This document shows positions 36,751-44,822 of a DNA stretch of 64,000 nt, one piece after another (the first letter of the stretch is position 1; the number at the start of each line of letters is the position of its first letter). The notes beneath the pieces are model-generated. The model had not been told where the DNA came from and made no database searches. It was given only the letters and a program-made list of their open reading frames with translations. Origin of the DNA: a virus (Duplodnaviria > Heunggongvirae > Uroviricota > Caudoviricetes); the IMG/VR virus record IMGVR_UViG_3300047472_000248, positions 52,315-116,314 of that record, one strand, 5' to 3'. A program made the position numbers and the translations under genes.

Positions 36751-37671
36751 ATGACCACGCAGATCAGCGCCAAGGTCATCGCCGACAGCATCAGCGGCGA
36801 CGACATGCGGCTCACAACCCTCCAGCTCTGCTACCCGCGCTTCATCCACGCAGAAGCGAAGACCCACCGCATTCTGAGCGCGGACTCGGAGCAGGTCGTC
36901 GTGCACACCGGCTCGGCCGGGTTCATGGACGACCCGATGCTGTCGCGCAACGCATCCTCGAGCCGGGCGATCCCAGTCGCGAAGATGATCGAGCAGGTGC
37001 GCAACGACCCGGCGATGCCGGTGCACTGGGGTAAGAACGTCGCCGGCATGCAGGCGCGGGAAGAGCTCACCGGCGACGCGCTCGATGCTGTCAGGTCCTT
37101 GTGGCTTGCAGCTGCGCGTGGTGCGGCAGACCTCGCCGAAAGGATGATGCGACTGGGCGGCCACAAACAGGTCGTCAACCGCATCCTGGAGCCCTTTCAG
37201 TGGATGCACGTCATCGTGACAGCCACCGAGTGGGACAACTTCTTCGAGCTGCGCGACCACGAAGACGCCGAGCCCAACATCCAGGTGCTCGCGCGCTGCA
37301 TGAAAGAGGCGAGGGCGGCATCGACGCCGATCAAGCGCTACGCCAGCGAGGACGGGCGGTGGGAGTCGTCGTGGCACCTGCCCTACGTGGCCGACGCGGA
37401 GCGCGAGCTGTATCGTCTCGACGTGCTGCGCAAGGCATCGGTCGCCCGCTGCGCCCGGGTGTCCTTCCTGAATCACGACGGCACTTACCCGGTGATCGCC
37501 AAAGACGTCGACCTCTACGACCGCCTGGTCGGCGCCCGGCCGCTGCATGCGAGCCCCACCGAGCACGTCGCGATGGCGCTGAAGCACAAAGGCTTCGTCA
37601 AGAACCTTCGCGGCTGGGAGCAGCACCGCGTCGCGGTCGAGAAGATCCACGCACCGAGCGTCTTCGCCTGA
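36751..37671 (+). CDS. flavin-dependent thymidylate synthase ThyX-like protein
   Basis: ThyX-like segments (ATEWDNFFELR cf. NxRxxxHFxxLR); the RHR-x-S signature is degenerate (THRILS). Confidence 0.4.
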   Translation: MTTQISAKVIADSISGDDMRLTTLQLCYPRFIHAEAKTHRILSADSEQVVVHTGSAGFMDDPMLSRNASSSRAIPVAKMIEQVRNDPAMPVHWGKNVAGMQAREELTGDALDAVRSLWLAAARGAADLAERMMRLGGHKQVVNRILEPFQWMHVIVTATEWDNFFELRDHEDAEPNIQVLARCMKEARAASTPIKRYASEDGRWESSWHLPYVADAERELYRLDVLRKASVARCARVSFLNHDGTYPVIAKDVDLYDRLVGARPLHASPTEHVAMALKHKGFVKNLRGWEQHRVAVEKIHAPSVFA

Positions 37672-37690
37672 TTTTCAAAACCGGCATTTC

Positions 37691-37736
37691 GGCGCCGACG
37701 AAAGACCGATTCCCCAAATATGTAACAAGGACACGA
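37691..37736 (+). promoter_or_regulatory. conserved 45-nt leader element, copy 2
   Basis: GGCGCCGACGAAAGACCG...CCCCAAATATGTAACAAGGACACGA immediately before ATG. Confidence 0.5.
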
Positions 37737-38396
37737 ATGGACTTCCAGACCTTCCAACCGCTCGCCTGCGCCACCGAGTCCGTGCCGGCCGAGATTCCCG
37801 ACCACGTCGACTTCTCCGTGGTCCTGGGCGTGCTGAACGGCATCGTGGCGCTCTCCAAGGCCTGCAGCACGCTGCACCGGGCGATCTACTACTCGTCCCC
37901 GGAAAAGACCGTGGCGGTCGATTACGACGCCCTCGAGCGCGCCGGGATCAAGCTGCCCCCTGCGTGCCCCTCGCAGTTCGTGCCCGAGCGGATCGACCTG
38001 CGCGTGCTGCACTGCGTCGTCGGCAAGGCCGCCGAGACGGGCGAACTGGCCGAGCTGGTGCTGCGCGCAGCCTTCGGAGAGGGCTTCGACAAGCACGAGT
38101 TCAAGAAGGAGCTCGGCGACGGCCGCTGGTATGACGCCATCGGCCTGGACGCGGTCGGCTGCAACGACGAGGGCCCGATCCTCGACGCGATCATCGAGAA
38201 GCTGCGCAAGCGCTACGGCGACAAGTTCGACGGGCTTGCGGCCGTCAATCGCGACACCCGCGTCGAGGACATCGCCGCGTGGGCCGCAATGGAGCGGCAG
38301 AACCACACCCTGCAGACTCAGGTGCGGTCGCTGCCGGCGACGGACCGCGAAGTGCGCGAGGTCAGCATCGAAGAGCTGAAGGCGGACCTGGCGTGA
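37737..38396 (+). CDS. hypothetical protein
   Basis: 220 aa; start directly after leader element. Confidence 0.5.
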   Translation: MDFQTFQPLACATESVPAEIPDHVDFSVVLGVLNGIVALSKACSTLHRAIYYSSPEKTVAVDYDALERAGIKLPPACPSQFVPERIDLRVLHCVVGKAAETGELAELVLRAAFGEGFDKHEFKKELGDGRWYDAIGLDAVGCNDEGPILDAIIEKLRKRYGDKFDGLAAVNRDTRVEDIAAWAAMERQNHTLQTQVRSLPATDREVREVSIEELKADLA

Positions 38397-39034
38397 TCAC
38401 GCTCGCGGGTAGCCACAGAACAGGGAAGACGACGCTCGCGCACGCCTTTGCCCAGGCGCAGGGCATCCCCTTCCTGCGCACGTCTGCTGTCGAGGCTTTC
38501 AGAGCGATGGGGAAGGACCCGAAGGTCCAATACCCCATCGAAGAGCGCTTTGCCATCCAGAAGGCGCTGCTGCACGTATTCGTCAAGCAATACGTCTCGG
38601 CGCAGCAGAGCGCCGGCACGAGCGGGCTTTTCATCACCGACCGGTCGCCGCTCGACCTGGCGGCCTACATGCTCGCCGACATGAACCGCGGCACCGCCGA
38701 CAGCGGGATGGGGCAGGCAGTCAAGGACTTCGTCGGCGAGTGCATCGACGCGACGAATCGCTTCTTCTCGCTCGTGATGGTCGTCCAGCCTGGCATCCCG
38801 GTGACGGAAGAGGAGGGTAAGGCGCCCACCTGCCCCGGCTACATGGAGCACCTCAACACGCTCATGCTCGGACTGCTGCTCGACCCTCGGCTTGCGAGCG
38901 CGCACTACTACATCCCGCGGGCCTACGTCGCGCTGGAGACGCGCCTGCAGGCGACCTACAACGTGGTGCGCTCGCTTATGGAAGCGCAGGTCGAGGCAAC
39001 CCGCACATATCGGGGGGCGAAAGCCTTACACTGA
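38393..39034 (+). CDS. P-loop NTPase, predicted nucleotide kinase
   Basis: Walker A GSHRTGKTT near N-terminus; GTGA overlap start. Confidence 0.45.
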   Translation: MITLAGSHRTGKTTLAHAFAQAQGIPFLRTSAVEAFRAMGKDPKVQYPIEERFAIQKALLHVFVKQYVSAQQSAGTSGLFITDRSPLDLAAYMLADMNRGTADSGMGQAVKDFVGECIDATNRFFSLVMVVQPGIPVTEEEGKAPTCPGYMEHLNTLMLGLLLDPRLASAHYYIPRAYVALETRLQATYNVVRSLMEAQVEATRTYRGAKALH

Positions 39035-39036
39035 TC

Positions 39037-39055
39037 AGTCAGCCCTGACTATAAT
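39037..39055 (+). promoter_or_regulatory. AGTCAGCCCTGACTATAAT palindrome/-10 unit
   Basis: GATCAGTCAGCCCTGACTATAATGGG directly after the kinase stop. Confidence 0.6.
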
Positions 39056-39076
39056 GGGCACAGCTAGAACGACACC

Positions 39077-39105
39077 GAGACACCCGAAAAGGTGTCTCCT
39101 TTTTA
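39077..39105 (+). terminator. promoter-proximal intrinsic terminator / attenuator
   Basis: GAGACACC-CGAAAA-GGTGTCTC 8-bp stem then CTTTTTAT; followed by mini-ORF ATG GTC GCT GAC GGT TAG (39105-39122). Confidence 0.6.
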
Positions 39106-39120
39106 TGGTCGCTGACGGTT

Positions 39121-39134
39121 AGTCAGCCCTGACT
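39121..39134. promoter_or_regulatory. AGTCAGCCCTGACT palindrome abutting RBS TAGGAG
   Basis: same 20-mer AGTCAGCCCTGACTTAGGAG as at 11239. Confidence 0.55.
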
Positions 39135-39144
39135 TAGGAGCACG

Positions 39145-39555
39145 ATGGACGCAGTGCCGAGCCCACGTGAAGAACTCGAACGCAAGGCGGTCGAGACACT
39201 CGAGGACATCGAGTGGCGCCGGCAGCAGGGCACCTTGAGCGGCGATGCCGCGGCCGCTGCAGCGCGGGCGATCTACCACGTGACCAGCGGGCTCGTGGAC
39301 TACTCGGTGACCGAGCTGGTGCAGGCGGTCGAAGCCCAGGCAAGCCCGATCATGAAGCGCCACTTCCTCGAACGCGCCACCGGCACCTCGGTCGTCATCG
39401 GCTGGAACCGCACGCGCCAGGTCTTCGGGATTGTGAAGCGCCAGGTCGGGCAAGACCCCAAGGTCAACCGCATCGAGTGCGGCGAAGAACCCCCGCCCGA
39501 GAAGATCGCCAAGGTCGTCAAGGCCCTGACCGCCAAGGGCTACATCGAAATCTGA
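39145..39555 (+). CDS. hypothetical protein
   Basis: 136 aa; RBS TAGGAG. Confidence 0.5.
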   Translation: MDAVPSPREELERKAVETLEDIEWRRQQGTLSGDAAAAAARAIYHVTSGLVDYSVTELVQAVEAQASPIMKRHFLERATGTSVVIGWNRTRQVFGIVKRQVGQDPKVNRIECGEEPPPEKIAKVVKALTAKGYIEI

Positions 39556-39572
39556 ACCCACGAAAGGAATCT

Positions 39573-40061
39573 ATGAGCAACATCCTCTCCCGCATGCGCG
39601 ATCTGGTTGTCTACAACAGCGAGCACCACGCGCTGGCGCTCTCCCTGAAGCTGGAGAAGCTGCCGGTGAACGAGCGTCGCAAGTGGTTCGGCGGCTCGCA
39701 CCCGACCGGCTGGCTCTACCTCTTCCGCGACCCCGAGTTCCCCGACATCGTGCTGGAGACGGTGCAGTCGCAGTTCGGCGGGGACGCGATCACCAGCACC
39801 TACATCGGCAACCACAGCTCACTCGCCAACGTCGGCACGCTGATCAGCGCACGCGAAGACCTGATCCGTGCGATCGCGCAGGAGATCGGGCTCAGCATCC
39901 CCGCGATCGGCATCCCGGACCCGGTGCGCGGCCGCGACCTGTCGCTGAAGGAGCTCTCCACCGGCCAGCTGATCGACCTGCTGGCAGAGCGCAACGGCGT
40001 CGGCCTGATTCAGGTCGTCAGCGACACGCACAACGTCGCCGCGCCGATCGCGACGGTCTGA
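39573..40061 (+). CDS. hypothetical protein
   Basis: 162 aa; RBS GAAAGGAATCT. Confidence 0.5.
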   Translation: MSNILSRMRDLVVYNSEHHALALSLKLEKLPVNERRKWFGGSHPTGWLYLFRDPEFPDIVLETVQSQFGGDAITSTYIGNHSSLANVGTLISAREDLIRAIAQEIGLSIPAIGIPDPVRGRDLSLKELSTGQLIDLLAERNGVGLIQVVSDTHNVAAPIATV

Positions 40062-40087
40062 CGCGCCCACAACCACAAGGAACAGCC

Positions 40088-40357
40088 ATGGACAGCTACC
40101 CCGTCTACAGCCTCACCGACCGCCCGGTGCGCCTCGTGCAGCACTACCTGAAGGCCGACCCGAGCGTCATCACCTACCTCGGCTTCGTCAGCAAGCCCTT
40201 CGTGCTGGAGGCGGCCGAGGGCCCCGCCGTCATCAGCCCCGAGACGGTCGAGGGCTGGGAGGGCGGCTACGTCATCAGCTACCCGCCGGGCGGCGAGAAG
40301 CCGAGCCCGCTGTCGCCGAACACCGTGCGCGCCGACTACGTGATGGTGGTGGGCTGA
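40088..40357 (+). CDS. hypothetical protein
   Basis: 89 aa; RBS AAGGAACAGCC. Confidence 0.45.
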   Translation: MDSYPVYSLTDRPVRLVQHYLKADPSVITYLGFVSKPFVLEAAEGPAVISPETVEGWEGGYVISYPPGGEKPSPLSPNTVRADYVMVVG

Positions 40358-40358
40358 C

Positions 40359-40739
40359 ATGGACGACTTTCAGAAGCGCGTCGACGAGTGGATGCTCGTC
40401 TGCTTCAACGAGACGATCGCGGCCGACGTGGTCGAGCGCAGCCACCGCTTTCTCGAGGAGGCGATCGAGCTCGCCCAGGCATCGGCCTGCACCGCCAACG
40501 AGGCGCACCAGCTGGTGGACTACGTCTTCAGCCGTCCCGTCGGTGAGCGCACGCAGGAGGTGGGCGGGGTAGGGGTCACGCTCGCTGCGCTCTGCACGGC
40601 CTACGGCATCGACATGCAGGCGGCGTTCGGCGCCGAGATCGCCCGGTGCTTCACCAAGGTCGCGCAGATTCGCGCCAAGCAGGCCATGAAGCCCAAGTTC
40701 GGCCCGCTGCCCGGCAGCACGTTCGCGGTTGCTGCATAG
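40359..40739 (+). CDS. MazG-like nucleotide pyrophosphohydrolase
   Basis: all-alpha 126 aa with EEAIEL (EExxEL-type) metal-binding motif. Confidence 0.4.
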   Translation: MDDFQKRVDEWMLVCFNETIAADVVERSHRFLEEAIELAQASACTANEAHQLVDYVFSRPVGERTQEVGGVGVTLAALCTAYGIDMQAAFGAEIARCFTKVAQIRAKQAMKPKFGPLPGSTFAVAA

Positions 40740-40757
40740 CCGACGCGCAGCGCCCAA

Positions 40758-40774
40758 AGTTCAACCATCGCAAC
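40758..40774 (+). promoter_or_regulatory. class-2 motif AGTTCAACCATCGCAAC
   Basis: 17 nt upstream of RBS GGGG and ATG 40792. Confidence 0.5.
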
Positions 40775-40791
40775 ACGTTAGGGGAAATCAC

Positions 40792-41418
40792 ATGGCGAGC
40801 AAGCCCAAGCGCATCGTCGTCACCATCAGCCAGGCGAAAGACATCGCCGAGCGCCTCGCGACGCGGCTGCTGGCTGAAGAGAGGGCGGACGCCCACGATC
40901 AGCTCGAAAGGGCAGGCGCCCGGGCGCTTCAGAGTCTCTGGCCGGTCGATACGCACGTGCTCGACTGGTTGCGCAGCAGTGAATCCGACAAGTTCGTTCA
41001 CAAGAATCGCAGTCGAACCCATGCCTGTGTCAGCGCGTCGTCTTCAGGCCCGCTCAAGGGTCGATGCTCTCTGAAAGCCAGCACTGCGCTGCTCCAGGAC
41101 TACGACCCGCTGCCGGACAACTATTCCGAGGTTTCCGACGCGGAATACCTCGCGCTCGAGGCGGCGCACAAGCGCGTCTATGACGCCGCCCAGGCGTTCC
41201 CCAAGCTGCGCGACGACCTGTTTCAGCAGATCCGCCTCGCCCGCTACCGGGACACGCTGATCGAGGCCTGGCCCGAGGCGACGGACATCATCGACTCGGT
41301 CATCAAGGCGCCGGCTGCGATCCCCGAGCCGGCCGCGATCGAGAAGCCGCTGGTGGCGATCGTCGGCAAATACCTGATGCGCCTGCCGGCGCCCGTGACC
41401 AACGTCTTCATGGCCTGA
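40792..41418 (+). CDS. hypothetical protein
   Basis: 208 aa; follows class-2 motif. Confidence 0.5.
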   Translation: MASKPKRIVVTISQAKDIAERLATRLLAEERADAHDQLERAGARALQSLWPVDTHVLDWLRSSESDKFVHKNRSRTHACVSASSSGPLKGRCSLKASTALLQDYDPLPDNYSEVSDAEYLALEAAHKRVYDAAQAFPKLRDDLFQQIRLARYRDTLIEAWPEATDIIDSVIKAPAAIPEPAAIEKPLVAIVGKYLMRLPAPVTNVFMA

Positions 41419-41477
41419 AAACAGCACCGCCGCGGCGCTGGTAAGACGCGGCATTCACGACGAAGGAGACGCAGACA

Positions 41478-41828
41478 ATGAAAATGAAGTTCCTCATGAC
41501 CGCGGCCGTTGCCGCCTTGATCGGCATGGCCGCACCCGCGGTCGAGGCCTATGCACCGCCCGTGGCAGCGCCGGCGACCGTCGGCTGGCTCACCGACGCG
41601 CAGACCGCGGCGCTGATCTACCTGGCCGACCAGAAGACGGCGGGCAACGACACGCTGATGTCCGACTTCCTGGTCGCGGCGGTTCCCACGCTGCTGTTCG
41701 CCGAGTTCCACGGGCTGATCGCCGGCGGCTACATCCGCTACACCGCGCCGTCGACGACCCCGGGCTATCCCGACCTCGTGACGATCACCGTCGCCGGCGT
41801 CGTCCGCTCGCACCAGACGAACCCCTGA
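41478..41828 (+). CDS. secreted/periplasmic small protein
   Basis: signal peptide MKMKFLMTAAVAALIGMAAPAVEA; RBS AAGGAGACG. Confidence 0.5.
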   Translation: MKMKFLMTAAVAALIGMAAPAVEAYAPPVAAPATVGWLTDAQTAALIYLADQKTAGNDTLMSDFLVAAVPTLLFAEFHGLIAGGYIRYTAPSTTPGYPDLVTITVAGVVRSHQTNP

Positions 41829-41834
41829 TCTGAC

Positions 41835-42032
41835 ATGGCTCGGTCGACCTACATCTACGTCATCGTGCTGGGCGAGGCGATGGCGCCGTTCACGGTGAAG
41901 CACGAGGCCAAAGCCTGGCTCGAGAAGAAGTGCCCACCGTCGTGGGTCGACCAGGCCGTGGTCAAGAAGTTCGCCGACAACGCGGGCGGCCTGCGCAAGG
42001 TCATGCCCGCACGGGAGTTCCTCGAGTCATGA
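41835..42032 (+). CDS. hypothetical protein
   Basis: 65 aa. Confidence 0.4.
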   Translation: MARSTYIYVIVLGEAMAPFTVKHEAKAWLEKKCPPSWVDQAVVKKFADNAGGLRKVMPAREFLES

Positions 42033-42256
42033 ACGACATCGTCGCCTACCACGACATGCACGAGACGGCCGTCGACGGCCTACCAGGCAAGCCGGGCATC
42101 TACAAGACGGCCGGCAGCCCCAGCGGCGTCTCGTTCTTTCGGCGCTTCGACGGGTCCGCCTGGTCGTCGGTATTCTGCTCGCCCGGCGAAGCCGTCGATG
42201 CAGAGTGCACCGTGTGCAACCCGCCCAAATTCTGGAAAGAGATCGAAGCATCATGA
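42029..42256 (+). CDS. hypothetical protein (paralog A)
   Basis: 75 aa; shares PG(I/V)YKT(A/S)G...FWRR(F/Y) with the next ORF. Confidence 0.4.
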   Translation: MNDIVAYHDMHETAVDGLPGKPGIYKTAGSPSGVSFFRRFDGSAWSSVFCSPGEAVDAECTVCNPPKFWKEIEAS

Positions 42257-42483
42257 GCCAAGAAACGACCCCCTGGTTCAACACCGTCCGTGACGGCCAA
42301 CCGCTCGAGCACCGTCCGGGCGTCTACAAAACGTCGGGGCGCAAGAACGCACGGAAGACCTTCTGGCGGCGCTACGAAGCGGGCTGGTGGTCGGTGCCGT
42401 GCGCGACGTTCGAATACGCCCAGACGGCGCCGATCTCCATCCACTACCTGCCGCCGCTGTGGTGGCAAGGGACGACGGGATGA
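42253..42483 (+). CDS. hypothetical protein (paralog B)
   Basis: 76 aa; tandem paralog of 42029-42256. Confidence 0.4.
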   Translation: MSQETTPWFNTVRDGQPLEHRPGVYKTSGRKNARKTFWRRYEAGWWSVPCATFEYAQTAPISIHYLPPLWWQGTTG

Positions 42484-43061
42484 CGATCATCGGCGGCGTC
42501 GACATCGAGACGACCGGCATCGACTGGGACAAGGGTCACCGGATCATCGAGTTCGCCATCTCCCTCTACGAGTTGGAGACCAAGCGCAAGCTCGGCAGCT
42601 TCGAGACGCGCGTAAACCCCGAGCGTCCGATTGACCCCAAGGCCCAGGCGGTGCACGGCATCAGCTTCGAGGACCTGGCCGACAAGCCACTGTGGCCCGA
42701 GGTCGCGCCCAAGGTCTCCAAGCTGCTGTCGAAGTGCAACTACCTCGTGATGCACAACGGCGAGGGCTTCGACGCGCCCTTCATCTTCCACGAGCTGTTC
42801 AGGGCGGGCGTGCCCATTCCCCCGATGTTCGTGGTGGACACGATGCTGCGCGGCCGCTGGGCGACGCCCGACGGCGCGGTGCCCAACCTGCAGGCGCTGA
42901 GCTTCGCCTGCGGCGTGCCCTACGACAAGGAAAAGGCCCACGGCGCCCTATACGACGTGGACGTGATGATGGACTGCTTCTTCAGCCAGTTCGACGCGGG
43001 CTTCTTCCCGCTGCCGACGGCCGAGCTGGCGGTTCGAGCAACCAGGAGTGCAACAGCATGA
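42480..43061 (+). CDS. DnaQ-like 3'-5' exonuclease (DEDDh)
   Basis: Exo I VDIETTG, Exo II HNGEGFDAPFI, Exo III HGALYDVDVM. Confidence 0.7.
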   Translation: MTIIGGVDIETTGIDWDKGHRIIEFAISLYELETKRKLGSFETRVNPERPIDPKAQAVHGISFEDLADKPLWPEVAPKVSKLLSKCNYLVMHNGEGFDAPFIFHELFRAGVPIPPMFVVDTMLRGRWATPDGAVPNLQALSFACGVPYDKEKAHGALYDVDVMMDCFFSQFDAGFFPLPTAELAVRATRSATA

Positions 43062-43447
43062 GCGAAGCATTGAACGTCGCGCTGAGCGCGAATGAGGTCA
43101 CCGGTCTGGTTCACAAGGCGATCACTGCCGCCGTCGTTGAGCGGATCGGCAGGGGTAGCGGCCTCTACAGCATTTCCAGGCAGATCGATCTTGCGATCGA
43201 GCACGGCATGAACGAGCGCCGGGGGCATATCGCCAGCGCCTTTGCTGCGGCGATCGACAAGTGCGTCACGTCGCCCGAGTTCGAGCAGGCGGTGCGCGAC
43301 GCGCTGCTGAAGCGGATCTCTGACAAGTTCGCCGGCGCGTTCGACGGGGTCATCGTCTCCGCTGCGCGCAAGGCGGCCGGCGACGCAGCGACGCATGCGC
43401 GTCTCGGCGGCCTGCTGTTCAAGCCCGACCTGGTGGTCAAGGCATGA
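43058..43447 (+). CDS. hypothetical protein
   Basis: 129 aa; ATGA overlap. Confidence 0.45.
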   Translation: MSEALNVALSANEVTGLVHKAITAAVVERIGRGSGLYSISRQIDLAIEHGMNERRGHIASAFAAAIDKCVTSPEFEQAVRDALLKRISDKFAGAFDGVIVSAARKAAGDAATHARLGGLLFKPDLVVKA

Positions 43448-43692
43448 CAGCCCAACCCATCCTGCCCGAGGGCTGGCGCTTCCGCACCGAGATTCAGCGC
43501 ACCGGCCTGTTCTCGGGCCATCGGACCATGCTCGTGCTCCAGCGCGAGGTGTCCGTGATGAGCGCCCTGGGTCCGTGGCCCAGTAGCGAGACTTATTGGG
43601 TCGATGCCAAGACTCCCGACATGCACGACTTCTTCGCCGCACTCGCAGCCGAGAAGTTCGCCCCAAAGCCGAGCGTCGAAACTCAAAGTTAA
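43444..43692 (+). CDS. hypothetical protein
   Basis: 82 aa. Confidence 0.4.
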   Translation: MTAQPILPEGWRFRTEIQRTGLFSGHRTMLVLQREVSVMSALGPWPSSETYWVDAKTPDMHDFFAALAAEKFAPKPSVETQS

Positions 43693-43725
43693 CCCATCGC
43701 GAGCGGTTCGCGATTGGGGACAAAG

Positions 43726-44061
43726 ATGAACATCGAACGCCTGAAATTCGCTGTCGCCCGGGGTGCCCGGGTGCAGATCAGAACGGGGGCCGAACCGGAG
43801 TGGCGTGACCACCCGTCGGGCTACCTGGGCTACCGGCACGCCGACTATCGCGTGCACCCGGACGACGCAGCGCTCGAATACGGGCCGCTATCTGCAGCGC
43901 TGAAACATCGGATCGTGTGGTCCGAGTGGACTGAAGGCGCCGCTGCCGCTTTGATATTCGCGCGGCACCTTGGATTCGAACAGGTGCACTACGCGAGCGA
44001 CGCCGAGCATCTTCACTACTGGGACTTCGTCGCCGAATACCTGGCGGACCAAGGACTATGA
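43726..44061 (+). CDS. hypothetical protein
   Basis: 111 aa (alternative start 43714). Confidence 0.4.
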   Translation: MNIERLKFAVARGARVQIRTGAEPEWRDHPSGYLGYRHADYRVHPDDAALEYGPLSAALKHRIVWSEWTEGAAAALIFARHLGFEQVHYASDAEHLHYWDFVAEYLADQGL

Positions 44062-44627
44062 GCACACCGATCTACTACTTCCCGAGCTTCCTGGCCACCG
44101 ACGCGACCTACGTGTTCGATCGGCTGTGGGCTGATCTGGACTGGGTCCGCGCCGAGGGCTCGAACCGTCGCGAATACTACGTTGCACGCGCGGGCATCGG
44201 TGCCTACACCTACGGGCGCGGCGCCGGCCGCCGCACCTACGAACCGCAGTTCGCGCACATCCTGATCAGGTCGGTCTGGAACATGGTCGAGACCATGACC
44301 GGCGTCAAGTTCGACGTGTGTTTCCTGAACGGCTACGAGAACGAGCGTGACGCCCTCGGCTGGCATGCCGACGACTCGCCCGAGATGGACGACGCGCGCC
44401 CGATCGCGATCGTCAGTCTGGGCGCCGAGCGGGAGATCATGTTCCGTCCGAAGGGCACCGACCAGGCGCGCCAGAACCTGCTGCGCGAGACGTTGATGCT
44501 GCAGAACGGCAGCCTGTGCCTGATGGCTTCCGGCATGCAGGACACGCACGAGCACAAGATTCCCAAGGCGGGCAGGGCGGTGGGCCCGCGCATCTCGTTC
44601 ACCTTTCGAGGCTACGTGAAGCAATGA
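44058..44627 (+). CDS. alkB: AlkB-like 2OG-Fe(II) dioxygenase (nucleic-acid demethylase)
   Basis: HxD as GWHADD, second His in HEHKIP, RISFTFR (RxSxTxR) 2OG-binding. Confidence 0.65.
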   Translation: MSTPIYYFPSFLATDATYVFDRLWADLDWVRAEGSNRREYYVARAGIGAYTYGRGAGRRTYEPQFAHILIRSVWNMVETMTGVKFDVCFLNGYENERDALGWHADDSPEMDDARPIAIVSLGAEREIMFRPKGTDQARQNLLRETLMLQNGSLCLMASGMQDTHEHKIPKAGRAVGPRISFTFRGYVKQ

Positions 44628-44821
44628 AGCGCTACGCACTCTTCGCAGGCGACCACTACTACCCGAGCGGAGGTTGGCACGACTTCGCAGGGTTCTTCGA
44701 CTCGCCCGGGCAAGCGAAGGCCCGTGCCTCCAAGCTGCCCCGAGAGCCATGGGAACGTGCGGACGACAAATGGTGGCACATCGTCGATCTTCAAACGGGC
44801 GAAATCATCGAGAAGGACTGA
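44624..44821 (+). CDS. hypothetical small protein
   Basis: 65 aa. Confidence 0.35.
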   Translation: MKRYALFAGDHYYPSGGWHDFAGFFDSPGQAKARASKLPREPWERADDKWWHIVDLQTGEIIEKD

Positions 44822-44822
44822 T

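Noticed and set aside
35524-37650. 708-aa minus-strand ORF
   Set aside because: Antisense to the SPFH and ThyX-like genes; no motif support; composition artefact.
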